DNA of 64,000 nt from Tubiluchus corallicola (taxonomy: Eukaryota; Animalia; Priapulida), in contig JAQGDQ010000110.1 in the NCBI GenBank assembly GCA_030141605.1, positions 496,001 through 560,000 on the forward strand, written 5' to 3'. The position numbers and the translations under genes were made by a program. This document shows positions 40,801-51,605 of this stretch, one piece after another (position 1 is the first letter of the stretch; every line of letters begins with the position of its first letter). The notes beneath the pieces were generated by a model, which was given only the letters and a program-made list of their open reading frames with translations, did no database searches and was not told the origin of the DNA.

Positions 40801-43800
40801 AGCATGTAGTAGGGTAATAGTGTAATAATAGAAATTGAGAAAATGAAGGATGATACCCTTTCTTTTGCAAATTTGAAAGTGTCTGTCACCAGAAGGCTTT
40901 TTATGAATTATGATTATAGTATTTGCTCATAATAAACAGCAGTCAGTGCTCTAAATGAAAAAATCGCAAAAGACCATGTTGTGAGGTTGTAATGTATTTA
41001 AGTACCTATGTGTGTGTGTGCTGGAGCTCTGCTAGTTTTGTCTAAGTTTGTTATGTGTGTCCTATTTTGAAAGTTTCCTTTTTATTTTCAGATAATATAG
41101 ATTTATTTGTTGGCGGTTTGGCTGAGTCGCGAATTCCTGGTGCACGAATTGGCCCGACCTTCATCTGTCTCCTCTCAGATCAGTTCAAGAGACTTCGCGA
41201 TGGTGATCGGTATGCCAGAAATGATGAATTTATATTTAATAATACTAATGATTATCTTTATTTAAAATCAGCTTTTAGGATGAACAATTAACATAAGCTC
41301 CATTGCGCTTTTGAGCCGCAATCCACAACTACATAACAGAGACTATTATTACCCCACTTCTTCCCTAAATATTACAATGTTGTTTGTACATACACACACG
41401 AATCTATTGTCAAATTAGCCAGCTAATTGAGAAAATTTGTAGCTTGTTTTGTCAACTATTTGAAATATCTATCATTTATTAATTTATGTTATCAGATTCT
41501 TCTATTTGAATGATGGTTTGTTTAGTCCGGGGCAGCTCACTCAAATCAAACGTACATCGCTCGCTCGAATCATCTGTGACAATGCTGATCATATAGAAAA
41601 GTAAGTCACTTGTTAAGAAAACAATTCAGTTTTTTCACCACATGCAAAATATCTTCATATGCTATTCTGTACGGTATCTCTGTACAATAACTGAGTGTCA
41701 GTTGTTCTAATCTATGAAAATGTGTGGAAAGCTGACACCTTGATATGTAAAATAAGTCACGCATAGCTAAACTTGTACTGTCAATATATTTTCCTTTTGA
41801 AAGAAATACAGTGTTACCATGTTATTGATTGTTTCTGTTCGTAAATGCAAAGTGCATTACTTAACTCCTTGAGGACCGCACCAATGAAAAGAGATCTTGT
41901 AAGACTCACAACTTTGCTGCTACTGTATGAGCACAGACATAACTAAATGATTACAAATAGGTACTGTTCTGTTCAGGAGAATCTCGGCTATCCAATCATG
42001 CTATTTGTTTAAACATTTATAAGTGATTTAATTGGATAAAATTAAGAAAAACACCCTTTTCAGGCACTCTAAATTAGCCTTTTGAGTAACTTCGTCTAGT
42101 GTACACTTGTATGATCATACACACTATTTTGTTGATCGCCTGCTTGCTACAGGCCAAGCTGTGCAGTGTTCTGCTGCTATTCCAGAAAAGACCAACCGAT
42201 TAGTCAAAGAGAAATTAAAGCCGTCTCATCTTTTAACAGGAATTTCTCCTTAAAAGTAGAGTAGACTTGAGGCATAAGTGTATCAGAGTGTTGTGCCTGG
42301 ATAGCTGAAATTCACACAAGTGATACTGTACTTTTTTACAGTGTAAACACTGCAATTGCCGAAAGCTTTTTTCAATTTTTTCGTCAAAAATCGATTTTTA
42401 ATTTGTCTAAGTTAAGCAATTGCATCTTGTATATAATTTTGCATGAAAATCCATTGTGAGAGGAGTAGAAACCTACAAAAACTATCAAACATAACATAAT
42501 CACTGTTTTGTAAGAGCAGTTTTCCATGAACCCATGCAAAATGTAGCAAAGAGTTCTCAAAGAGTTAAACTACCATGTACTTTTCGCACAAAACTTTTCA
42601 AAATATTCAACTCTTATTTGTAGCATTATATGTTTTTTGTTTAGAATACAAAGTGATCCATTCCTAAGAACTGATAATACATCTAGTTATGAAAGTTGTA
42701 AAGATATTCCAAAAGTTGATCTCAGTCTTTGGACGGAATGCTGTCAAGGTGAGACTAAATGATGGACCCAACTACTGAAAATGTGGCAAAAGTGGCCAGG
42801 ATGAATTTTACATTAATTTGATGTTGACAAAATACCATGTCCAGTTGACATTATTAGGTAGTATAAGGTCAAAGATGCCTTGTCAAAACACTGTTTGTTT
42901 AATTTTTGCCATATTATATAATTAATTTGAATTCTATTTCATCTAAATGGCCAAAAGACCAAGTGAATTAAGATATCTTCAAGTTTAATGAAAATTTGCT
43001 AAGAAGTAGAGCACTGCAGTACCAGTTTCAGTAGTTTTAGCATCTTACTGTTATTATTTACTGTTGTACCTGAAGTCTTACGGTTTTTTTATTGCTTTCC
43101 GGCACAAAATTAATTTGAGTGAACTATTTCTTTATAATGTTAAATTTATTCGATAGAACAATACATATGTAAATGTTCTTTATACAGTTTTAAAGTAATA
43201 GACATTTTTATGTCATTGACATTAGACACTGAAAGGAAGCCTAAGCTAGTGGAATAAGCAGGTATGAATGTTTTATTTTTAATAACATCTATTATGTGTT
43301 TCTCTTATTAGGTTACATTAGTCAGGTCTAGTTGCCCATGTTCATAATTACTTTTCTGTTTATTTTACAGACTGCAGTATGTCGGGAGAATTTGAGTCAA
43401 TCACCCAGCATTTCCGCAGTCGAAGATCTCATGAATATAGCTATTCAGATGACCGTCCCTCTGCATCTAAGACAGAGAACATGCTGGAAAGTATTGGATA
43501 TAGAGTACAGTCTGAAGGTGTGTGAAATACTACAAAAAAATGCCATTTGCTATGTCATTTAGGTGCTTGTTGTCTAAGGACCTTTTTGCTGAAAAAGCAG
43601 ATATAGTTGCATTCTGTTTTTAATAACATGTGCCATGCACAGCCTTATTTTTTCAGGTTGCATTAGCTTGATCTGGTCAATCGGGTTCATAAAAGGTCAT
43701 TTTTCCCACAGAAAGAAAGAGTCTTTTGTTTATTCCATACATTTCCATGCATTTGTCATAACATGCTACTGCTAGGTAACATAAACAGCTTTTATCAGGC

Positions 43801-46800
43801 AGTGTAAATGCTTCATGTTGCACTAGTTTGGTAACCTTCTAAGCAAAATGAACTAGTGAGGGTGTGACAGCTGATATTGCTATGGTTATCACTTATTACT
43901 ATGTTATAGTTATGCAGCCGTGCATACTTCTAAAAGAGCTTGAACATGCTGGAACGCGTTGTAGTTATGCAACTTTACACACTTCTAAAAGTGCTTGAAC
44001 GTGCTGGAACGTGTTGTAGCTATGCAACCTTGCATGCTTCTAAAAGAGCTTGAACATGCTGGAACGCGTTGTAGTTATGCAACTTTACACACTTTTACAC
44101 ACTTCTAAAAGTGCTTGAACGTGCTGGAACGTATTGTAGCTATGCAATCTTGCATGCTTCTAAAAGAGCTGGAACGTGTTGTAGCTATGCAACCTTGCAC
44201 GCTTCTAAAAGAGCTGGAACGTGCTGGAACGTGTTGTAGTTATGTAACTTTACACACTTCTAAAAGAGCTTGAACGTGCTGGAACGTGTTGTAGCTATGC
44301 AATCTTGCATGCTTCTAAAAGAGCTGGAACGTGCTGGAACGTGTTGTAGCTATGCAACCTAGCATGCTTCTAAAAGAGCTTGAACGTGCTGGAACGTGTT
44401 GTAGATGCAACTTTGCATGCTTCTAAAAGAGCTTGAACTTGCTGGAACGCGTTGTAGTTATGCAACTTTACACACTTCTAAAAGTGCTTGAACGTGCTGG
44501 AACGTGTTGTAGCTATGCAACCTTGCATGCTTCTAAAAGAGCTTGAACATGCTGGAACGCGTTGTAGTTATGCAACTTTATACACTTCTAAAAGTGCTTG
44601 AACGTGCTGGAACGTGTTGTAGCTATGCAATCTTGCATGCTTCTAAAAGAGCTGGAAAGTGTTGGAACGTGTTGTAGCTATGCAACCTTGCACGCTTCTA
44701 AAAGAGCTGGAACGTGTTGTAGCTGCAACTTTGCATGCTTCTAAAAGAGCTTGAACATGCTGGAACGTGTTGTAGTTATGGAGCCTTGCATGCTTCTAAA
44801 AGAGCTTGAACATGCTGGAACGTGTTGTAGTTATGGAGCCTTGCACGCTTCTAAAAGAGGCTTGAACGTGCTGCCACAAACCGTCTTGATGGTGCAAAGA
44901 CATGAAGTTGTAAAGTTGGATGAACAACCAGTCAAGTATAGCAACGCTTTGAAGCACATTTTATCTTTTTATTTATAAGAAAATTTTTTATACATCAACC
45001 ATTTCATCTTTATTTAGCGCATGACCATATGGACAATGTGGAGGACCGGCTGGAGGGTTTGGAGGACCTCATTCAGTCACTGACTCGGACGATGAAAAAG
45101 CTCAACAGAAAAGTATGAATGTTATTTTTGTTTAATTGGCTATCAATTGGGCTTCCTCAATAAGCTAACGAGTGTCATGAAGTAACAAGTTGTAATGAAA
45201 CAGAATAATATGGTGGTAGTTGACGTTTCAATTTATTCCTCTTATGGTTATTTTTTTCTGGTTTAGTGCTATCTATTGTATGGCTTTTTAACTCCTTCAG
45301 GACCACACCATTCATAATAGGTCTTATAAGACTTGTGACTTTTCTGCTACTGTATGAGCACAGACATAATTAAATGGTTACAAATAAGGCACTGTTTTAT
45401 TCAGGAGAATCTCGGCTGTCCAAGCATGCTATTTTTTAAACATTGATAAAAAATTTAATTGGGTAAAATTAGGAAAAACGCCCTCTTCAAGCACTCTAGC
45501 TTAGCTTATTGAGTAGCTTAGTCTGGTGTACACATGTGTGATCGTACACACTAATTTATTGATTGTCTGCTTGCTACAGCCCAAGCTGTGCAGTGCTCTG
45601 CTGTTATTCTAGACCAATCCATCAGCCAAGGAGAAGTTAAGGTAGTTTCATCTTTTAGCAAGAATTTCTCCTTAAAAACAGAGTAGACTTAAGCCCAAAG
45701 GGTATCAAAGTGTTATGACTGGATAGCTAAAATTTTCTGTATTAGCCCATTTCTCACAAGCGATACTGTATATTGTTAAGATGCAAACACTGGAGTTGCT
45801 GCAAGCTTTTTTCAACTTTTACGTGAAAAATCGATTTTTAATTTTTCTAAGGAAAGCAAAGGCATTACATATATAATTTTGCATGAAAATAATCCATTGT
45901 GTGGGGAGTAGATACCTACAAAAATAATCAAATATAACGCAATCGCTGTGAAAGCAGTTTTTCATGAACCCGTTCAAAATGTAGCAAACACTTACGGAGG
46001 ACGTAAAAGTAAACCATTAACAAGACTTAAACATGTTTCTTTTTAAATTATATTGTAGTTTTTTAGATTCATTTAGTATACATAAGTGTGAATAAGCAAC
46101 TAATGTAGTGCATCAATAGATTCAAATTGAATGTCTCATTCCTAGAGCTCAGATGAAAGTTGACGTTAATTAAGGTCATTTGTTATTTAGATGAAGAAGA
46201 TGGACAAAAAGATGAAGGATAATTTGAAACCGATAAACAGTACCGACGATTCAAGTCGATTTTTGTGTATGGACGAGGAGGGTAATAAATACGGCAACGG
46301 TGACGTATGGATGGAACAAAATAATTGTGCAAAATGTTTTTGTAAGGTGAGGCTTGTAACAAAATATTCTCGATTAAATGCATTTCAAGTGGGATAGAGT
46401 TACTAACCCTAACCAATTAAACGCTCTATTCACACTTCTGCTATTGTAATTGTGTGAGGTGGTAAATGCTTAGTAATAAGTTATGTGTGGATATAAATCA
46501 CTTAGGTTGCTACTAAGTATAAATTAGGTTTGTGCAGAGAAAGGTTGTTAATATAATTGTGCTTAACTCTGCTTAATATGGATTTCTGCTGGCTAAAGAA
46601 ATAGCCTCAAGCTAAGCTGTATTAGCTGATTAATTATGTATGGAAAGAAACCAATCGGAACTTGAGATCAGTGTGACCAAGTAAATTTTTAAAGTAAAAC
46701 TGGACCCAATCTTAAACTGCAGGTCAAAACAACCTATTCTGTAAAATATTGAAAGGAAACGCATTATTTTTTCAAAAATGACTTACATGAAATAATTATT

Positions 46801-47826
46801 ACCACACAAATACAATTTTGCATTCACGCCAGTAATTCTTCGCTGTTACATGCATTTCACCATTCGCTAGTTAGACGGTCACTGGCACCTACATTTCGAA
46901 ATGCATTGTGCAAAAAACAGGTGCTGTACCTCTCAGTTCAGATGTGTTAATTTGTGACAAACTACACACATTCAACAGCTCATGCGTGAGCACTGTGACA
47001 AATTTGAAATTTGAATTTTGGCAAGTTTTAGTACAACACACTGAATATCTTACAGTAGCACTGTAATTCAATTTTCTCTTTCGCAAACACGTGCAACATG
47101 CTCGTGGAATAGTTTTACTGTTGGAAATTATGTTAGTTTGTGATGTCATCAATAGTTGGGCACGCCCGTTGTTAATTAAGTTTTTAATCTATTATTTAAT
47201 TATCAGAAACGCTTTTGCAGTATTAATTGTGTTAAAATGTATACTTCTTATCCAACTTGAAAATGGGGTAGTATGTGAAAAATCATCCTGTTTTCCTTTA
47301 AGTTGAAGCTAAGTAAATTTGATACATTATCCTGAAAATTAAATATTGCATAACTGTTTTGTTTCTGAAAGCAAATCAGTTAGATTCTGCTCAGGCACAG
47401 ACGTACATCCAGTTTGAGTCGTTGATGCACTGAGAGTCTACATATATGGGTAGTTGTATCAGGACTGGAGTCTAGCATATCAAGAAAAATCCCCCCCCCC
47501 CCGAGTAAAAAGCCCTGATGATGGAGAGGTGTCTTAACCCCATTTTGTACATCAATGAAATAAGTGACTGGGACAGTATGGCAAATCATGTTGCAGTACC
47601 CAGAACCAGTTTCTCTGGTGGTCACTCATCCATTTTGTAGCAAGGCTTGGAGTCACTTAACTTTGTGTCCACAATCTGCTATTGGACTTGTTGCAATGCA
47701 TTTCAAGTTAACAATATCTCAGTGGTAGTTAGTAATTCCAGTTTTGAAGTTAAACAGATGGATTTTAAAAGAAAACGATATTGTTTATTTCAGAAAAACA
47801 AGAAAAAGTGTCGTAAAATCTGTTAA
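13879..47826 (+). CDS. PXDN: Peroxidasin (signal peptide, LRRs, 4 Ig domains, heme peroxidase, coiled coil, short VWC), 28 coding exons, about 1464 aa
   Basis: Exons with GT-AG sites and consistent phases: 13879-14054, 19189-19260, 19806-19877, 21070-21141, 21558-21629, 22178-22249, 23842-24035, 24995-25112, 25677-25855, 31539-31808, 32625-32741, 33748-33912, 34270-34417, 34807-34928, 35174-35360, 35786-35865, 36535-36768, 37083-37182, 37649-37813, 39142-39932, 40416-40646, 41092-41209, 41496-41600, 42645-42748, 43371-43517, 45018-45112, 46191-46346, 47794-47826 (sum 4395 nt). Motifs: [17 protein letters not shown], five 72-nt LRR exons, [17 protein letters not shown] (distal His), GDFRVNE, AAFRFGH (proximal His), QRGRDHG, RSRRS convertase site. 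Confidence 0.95.
14504..14556 (-). pseudogene. tRNA-derived fragment (tRNA-Arg-like 3' part; SINE head or pseudogene)
   Basis: Minus strand AGCGTGCGACTTATGGTAAGAAGATTCGGGGTTTGAATCCTCGTTGGCTC resembles the anticodon arm, T arm and acceptor of tRNA-Arg; 5' half missing. Confidence 0.35.
14646..15027. mobile_element. hAT-like non-autonomous repeat, copy 1
   Basis: Homologous to 52672-53146 (shared TTAAGCCAG..AGATTTGTTCAAATT, GTGTGCACGAAGTTT, CCCACTAAYAATTTTCTAA); degenerate CAGGGCCGG...CCGGCCCTG-type ends. Confidence 0.55.
26196..26379 (-). repeat. 3' LTR (184 bp)
   Basis: TG...CA termini; near-identical to 31107-31297; preceded on the minus strand by AACTGGGGGACG (PPT). Confidence 0.9.
26723..30174 (-). 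pseudogene. Disrupted gag C-terminus and pol (protease, RT, RNase H, integrase)
   Basis: [84 protein letters not shown]; split over several frames by indels and stops. Confidence 0.9.
30334..30903 (-). pseudogene. Gypsy gag N-terminal part
   Basis: [53 protein letters not shown] are Mag-like gag motifs; ends in a frameshift. Confidence 0.85.
31089..31106 (-). other. Primer binding site complementary to the tRNA-Ser 3' end
   Basis: Plus strand ATCCTGTCGACTGCGCCA matches the typical metazoan tRNA-Ser end AUCCUGCCGACUGCGCCA at 17/18 and directly abuts the 5' LTR. Confidence 0.75.
31107..31297 (-). repeat. 5' LTR (191 bp)
   Basis: Copy of 26196-26379 with about 4 substitutions, an 8-bp indel and a 1-bp indel; outer terminal base mutated. 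Confidence 0.9.
31918..32293. repeat. Long inverted repeat (foldback/MITE)
   Basis: About 90-bp arms including ATCTCTGCCAGTTCAGCATGTCAGGTCAAAG and its exact reverse complement CTTTGACCTGACATGCTGAACTGGCAGAGAT. Confidence 0.8.
33237..33327. repeat. 33-bp tandem repeat, about 3 copies
   Basis: AAGTTACTACAGGTGTATTTCTT recurs at about 33-bp spacing. Confidence 0.85.
38194..38791 (+). mobile_element. Kolobok-like non-autonomous DNA transposon, copy 1
   Basis: TTAA|AGAAAGACAGGA...TCCAGTTTTGCT|TTAA; TTAA flanks with AG...CT termini; homologous to 46693-47297 and 60446-61058 in reverse orientation. Confidence 0.7.
41865..42564 (+). mobile_element. piggyBac-like non-autonomous element, copy 1
   Basis: TTAA|CTCCTTGAGGAC...GTTCTCAAAGAG|TTAA; colinear with 45292-45990. 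Confidence 0.65.
43902..44873. repeat. 55-bp minisatellite, about 18 units
   Basis: Unit TTCTAAAAGAGCTTGAACRTGCTGGAACGYGTTGTAGYTATGCAACYTTRCAYRC; TTCTAAAA recurs at 43928, 43983, 44038, 44103 ... 44849, with 43, 45, 53 and 65-bp variants. Confidence 0.95.
45292..45990 (+). mobile_element. piggyBac-like non-autonomous element, copy 2 (right end degraded)
   Basis: TTAA|CTCCTTCAGGAC start; about 700 bp colinear similarity to 41865-42564. Confidence 0.65.
46693..47297 (-). mobile_element. Kolobok-like non-autonomous DNA transposon, copy 2
   Basis: TTAA|AGTAAAACTGGA...TCCTGTTTTCCT|TTAA; reverse-complement homolog of 38194-38791. Confidence 0.7.
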
Positions 47827-48410
47827 CGAAATCTTGTCTAGGAAAGCATGTGTGATAAAGCCAGACTTGCCAGGATGTTCTCAACAGTTAGTGTGTGCAA
47901 ATTTAGTTTATTCATAAGAACGAAAGAACTGCATTTAACATCACATCAGGTTTAGAAAATACGGCATTTAATTCAGCATTTAATTTGCCAGGCATTGTGA
48001 TTTGCCTGTCTTGCATTTACTATATTTAACATCTAGTCTTAACGAATGCTGCCAAATCTCTCATTTTAAAACGTGCTGAAGTTTTTAGTATTTTAAAGTG
48101 TAGCAAGTGGTTATAATGCTGAAAATTGTGCCAAAATTAAAGCATGTTTTGTTGTATATCATTTATGCTGAATGTGACGCTTTTTTCATGCTATGTTTAC
48201 AGTGCAATATCTTTGTGAATGACTAGGAACTTTGCTTTACAGTAATTACTATGTAAATTTGCAATGCAAGTTAAGAAATATGTCCGTTTCATTGTGTTAT
48301 ATCTGTCAGTCACTACACAATGCAGTTTAGCAACGATTATTATTATTATTTAATATATATTGTATATTTATGTGACTGTCTAAAAGTGGACACCATTTTT
48401 GGTGTGGCAC

Positions 48411-48575
48411 TCTAATCACGACTGACTACTTATCTAGTTATAAAAAATGTAAAGGCAACATTGAGCGATGATTTTTGTGTTTTGTGAATAGTATCTAATC
48501 ATGACTGACTAATGATCAAGTTATAAAGTATGTAAAGACTACATTGAGCGATAATTCTTGTTTTTTGTGAATGTA
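48411..48575. repeat. 83-bp diverged tandem duplication in the probable peroxidasin 3'UTR
   Basis: TCTAATCAYGACTGACTA...ACATTGAGCGAT...TTTTGTGAAT starts at 48411 and again at 48494. Confidence 0.75.
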
Positions 48576-51500
48576 TTAGTATTTGTTTTATAACATTGAT
48601 CAGAAAGTTACAAAACGACGCCTTGTTTACTTTCAGCAAATACTAAACTTATTTGACACGAATAGAGTCAATTTAATTTATCATGATATTAATTTATGAT
48701 ACTATGATGTTTCTTAATTTATTATACTATGATATTCATGTTAGGAATATGTGGAGTTTGAATACGCTCATTTCAAACTTGTGGTAACAGCATTACTTTA
48801 CTATATAGCCGTAAAGCTGTTCTGTTTTTTTCTAATTTACAACTGTTATGTGATTGTGTCATGGTTACTTTTTCATAAAGATAGCTTGCAGTCTTTGTAG
48901 ATTAATTCTTTTTAATATTAGCAAATGTATAAAATTAAAAGTGCAAGTACCTGTTAAAATGAACAATCCAAATGTTGTCAATATCTGGCAATGTTAACAT
49001 ATATTCCTGTAATAACAGCTTTGGCGATGGAATAACATGCAATACACGTTTTGAGATATTTCTTTTATAAAGCTTTTAAGAGCACTTCAGTGTAGACTGT
49101 GAGAAGGCGTGTCGCAGATGCGTTTTGGAGGATGCAGAATAGATGAAATCGGTTAATGTTGTTTTCAATGCACCTGTTTATGCAGCCTGCGTTATTCTTT
49201 TTTCTTCAGCTATTTCCTATTGATTTTTTTCGCAGGTGGAAAATGCATCCGCATCCGGATGCTACATAATACACGCCACTTAAGAATTTTCTTTTCTAAT
49301 TACATAATTTTTTCAAACTAGTAAGCGTAATGTAAAGTGATATAACTTTGTATGGAAAATTCTTCGAGATATCACTTTCTTCCCTGTTTAATTCATTATG
49401 CTGTTAACATTTTTTATCTCTGTTTAACTTTAACTGAGTCCCTTATGTATCTGTATGTGTGCGTGCATGCATGCGCGTGTTTATGTGTGTGTGTGTGGAT
49501 TCTTTTCTTTACTTTCTTCCCCTTTCTCTTGGGTGAAAGTGTACATAACTGAGCAGAACAGCTTCATTGACGAGAGACTGCTTGGTAAGAAGATAATCTG
49601 GTGGACAAGACTGGAATCCAAGTGACGGACTTCCTGCATAGGAAGAGACATGCAGACGTTACAAGGGAAGGACATGATGTTGGTGTCACAAACGTGAGAT
49701 GAGATGCAAGAAGCTTCGTTGGGGAAACATGAGTCGGGTGCAGTGAGAGTATGTATGTCTGGAGAGTTTTTCCGGCATTTGAAGCACGCTTGCCAGTTGC
49801 TTTCAACCCAAACATAAAACACAGGCTGACGAGACTTAATTAGTATTTTCTAAAACTATATCTTGCACAAGATACTTTTTACCTACCAGCCATACATTGT
49901 TGAGCAACGCTTTGTAGTTACAATCATTTGTTTGAATGTGAATCGTCGAATCATCTATTAACGCTGCTCCCTCCCATTCCAAGATGGTCAGTAAGCTACG
50001 ACATTCATTCATGGCTTTTGCTAATTCGAGAGCAAGTAGGCAGGTAGTTGCATTAATGTAGGTAGGAGGACAGAAACATATCTGTACAAACGAATGTGTC
50101 ATGCAGATGCAGACTAAAATGCACCATTATTAGTTCAAGACTTAGTTCTACTCTTTATGATCTTTCATTTAGGCAACTTAAGATACATCTCACCCCACCT
50201 CCGGGCATCAAGGTTTGACATTTTGGTATTACAGAATTCTGCTGCTCATAGTCGTTCATTTGGCCAATTTTGGAGCAATTTTTACACCAACCCTAATTAA
50301 AGTATTAATTAATTACAGTGCTACATTTTTTTTGTTTTGAACCAAGGTCATCATAACTAATTATATTACCAAATTTCAACTCACTGGGCAAATACTTTTA
50401 GAGTTGAAAAAAATGGCACACAGAGTGAGTGAATCCACTGATTTTTGTCTAGGACCCAAGCTTACGCACTGGAAATAGTCAAGCGAAAAAAAATTCAGGG
50501 AAAAGAAATTTGCTACTAATTATGCTACATAAAATTAAATAAAACAAAGTTATGTAGCAATTCTGAAGACATCATGTTGCAGTTTGTTCAAAAAAAACAA
50601 CACACATTGCACAGTCGTTGAAACACGGTCAAATAGCTGTTGTCTTATGCCTGTTAAAAGAAGTAGAAGTCATTAACTCGAGTTTACCACATCATTGATT
50701 AATGAAAATTTTTAATTATACTTCAAAAAATATTTATTATACCGTAAACATAATTTGGCCATACTACATGACAATCAAAATCATCACTTTGTGTAAAGTA
50801 TGCAGTCACTGATTATACTTGTGGTAACACAAGTAACAGCTTCAGAAGCAGCACAATTTCATTCACATTATTTACAAGCATTTGTATTCGCAAATGTACA
50901 TTAATCACACATTACGCATTTATAAGAAAACAATATTATCAGCAATTGCACCATACTTAATATGAAAAATACAACATAGTTATACAAAGCCAAGTAGCTT
51001 CTTTGCCATGCAAAGTGCAAATTCACTCTAGAACAAATACAGCAGAACTGATACACTCTTATAACCACATTAACACAAAAAATTATTATTCTGTGCTGAT
51101 TATTTCAAATTTGTGACTATTATTTGTATTTCTAAAGAACTTCTTGACATGACACTATAAACAGAATGTACTGCTAAGCTGAATGACAGTCTAGAAAATG
51201 CACATTAGAGGATTTCCAAAAAATTCTTGCAAACAAACTGACATAAAAGAAAAATCACTACAACATTCACCTCTTATGTTAGCCTGCCTCAGGGTTATTA
51301 CTTTGGTCCTGTTCTTTCTACCTTCTATAGGCAGAGAAGCCATACAAAGTGAATGGAGATTTGAATACATAATAGAGATCTGTACGAAGTCATAAAAAAC
51401 TCCTGAAGTAAGTAAATTTAAATAACACGACTACATTATCTGGCCATGTAAAGTGATGTCACGCGATCACCAGAGCAACAATTACTTCAAATAGCCTTAC

Positions 51501-51605
51501 ATAAAGCTCTTGAATCATCAAAAACAAAACCAAGAGGTTGACTGCAGACAGTATGTGGATACAATGCGTAACTTGGCATATTGTTATGTTCTATCGTCAG
51601 CATTG

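Noticed and set aside
43902-44873. Possible CRISPR-like array
   Set aside because: Head-to-tail tandem units with no unique spacers, eukaryotic intronic context and no cas genes.
47824-47841. Stop-codon readthrough or selenocysteine at the peroxidasin end
   Set aside because: The stop is TAA and an in-frame TAG follows after four codons.
49550-49850. Coding-like island and hammerhead half-motif CTGACGAGAC-TTAATTA-GT
   Set aside because: The required GAAA core is missing and there is no intact ORF or domain; probably a truncated retroelement remnant.
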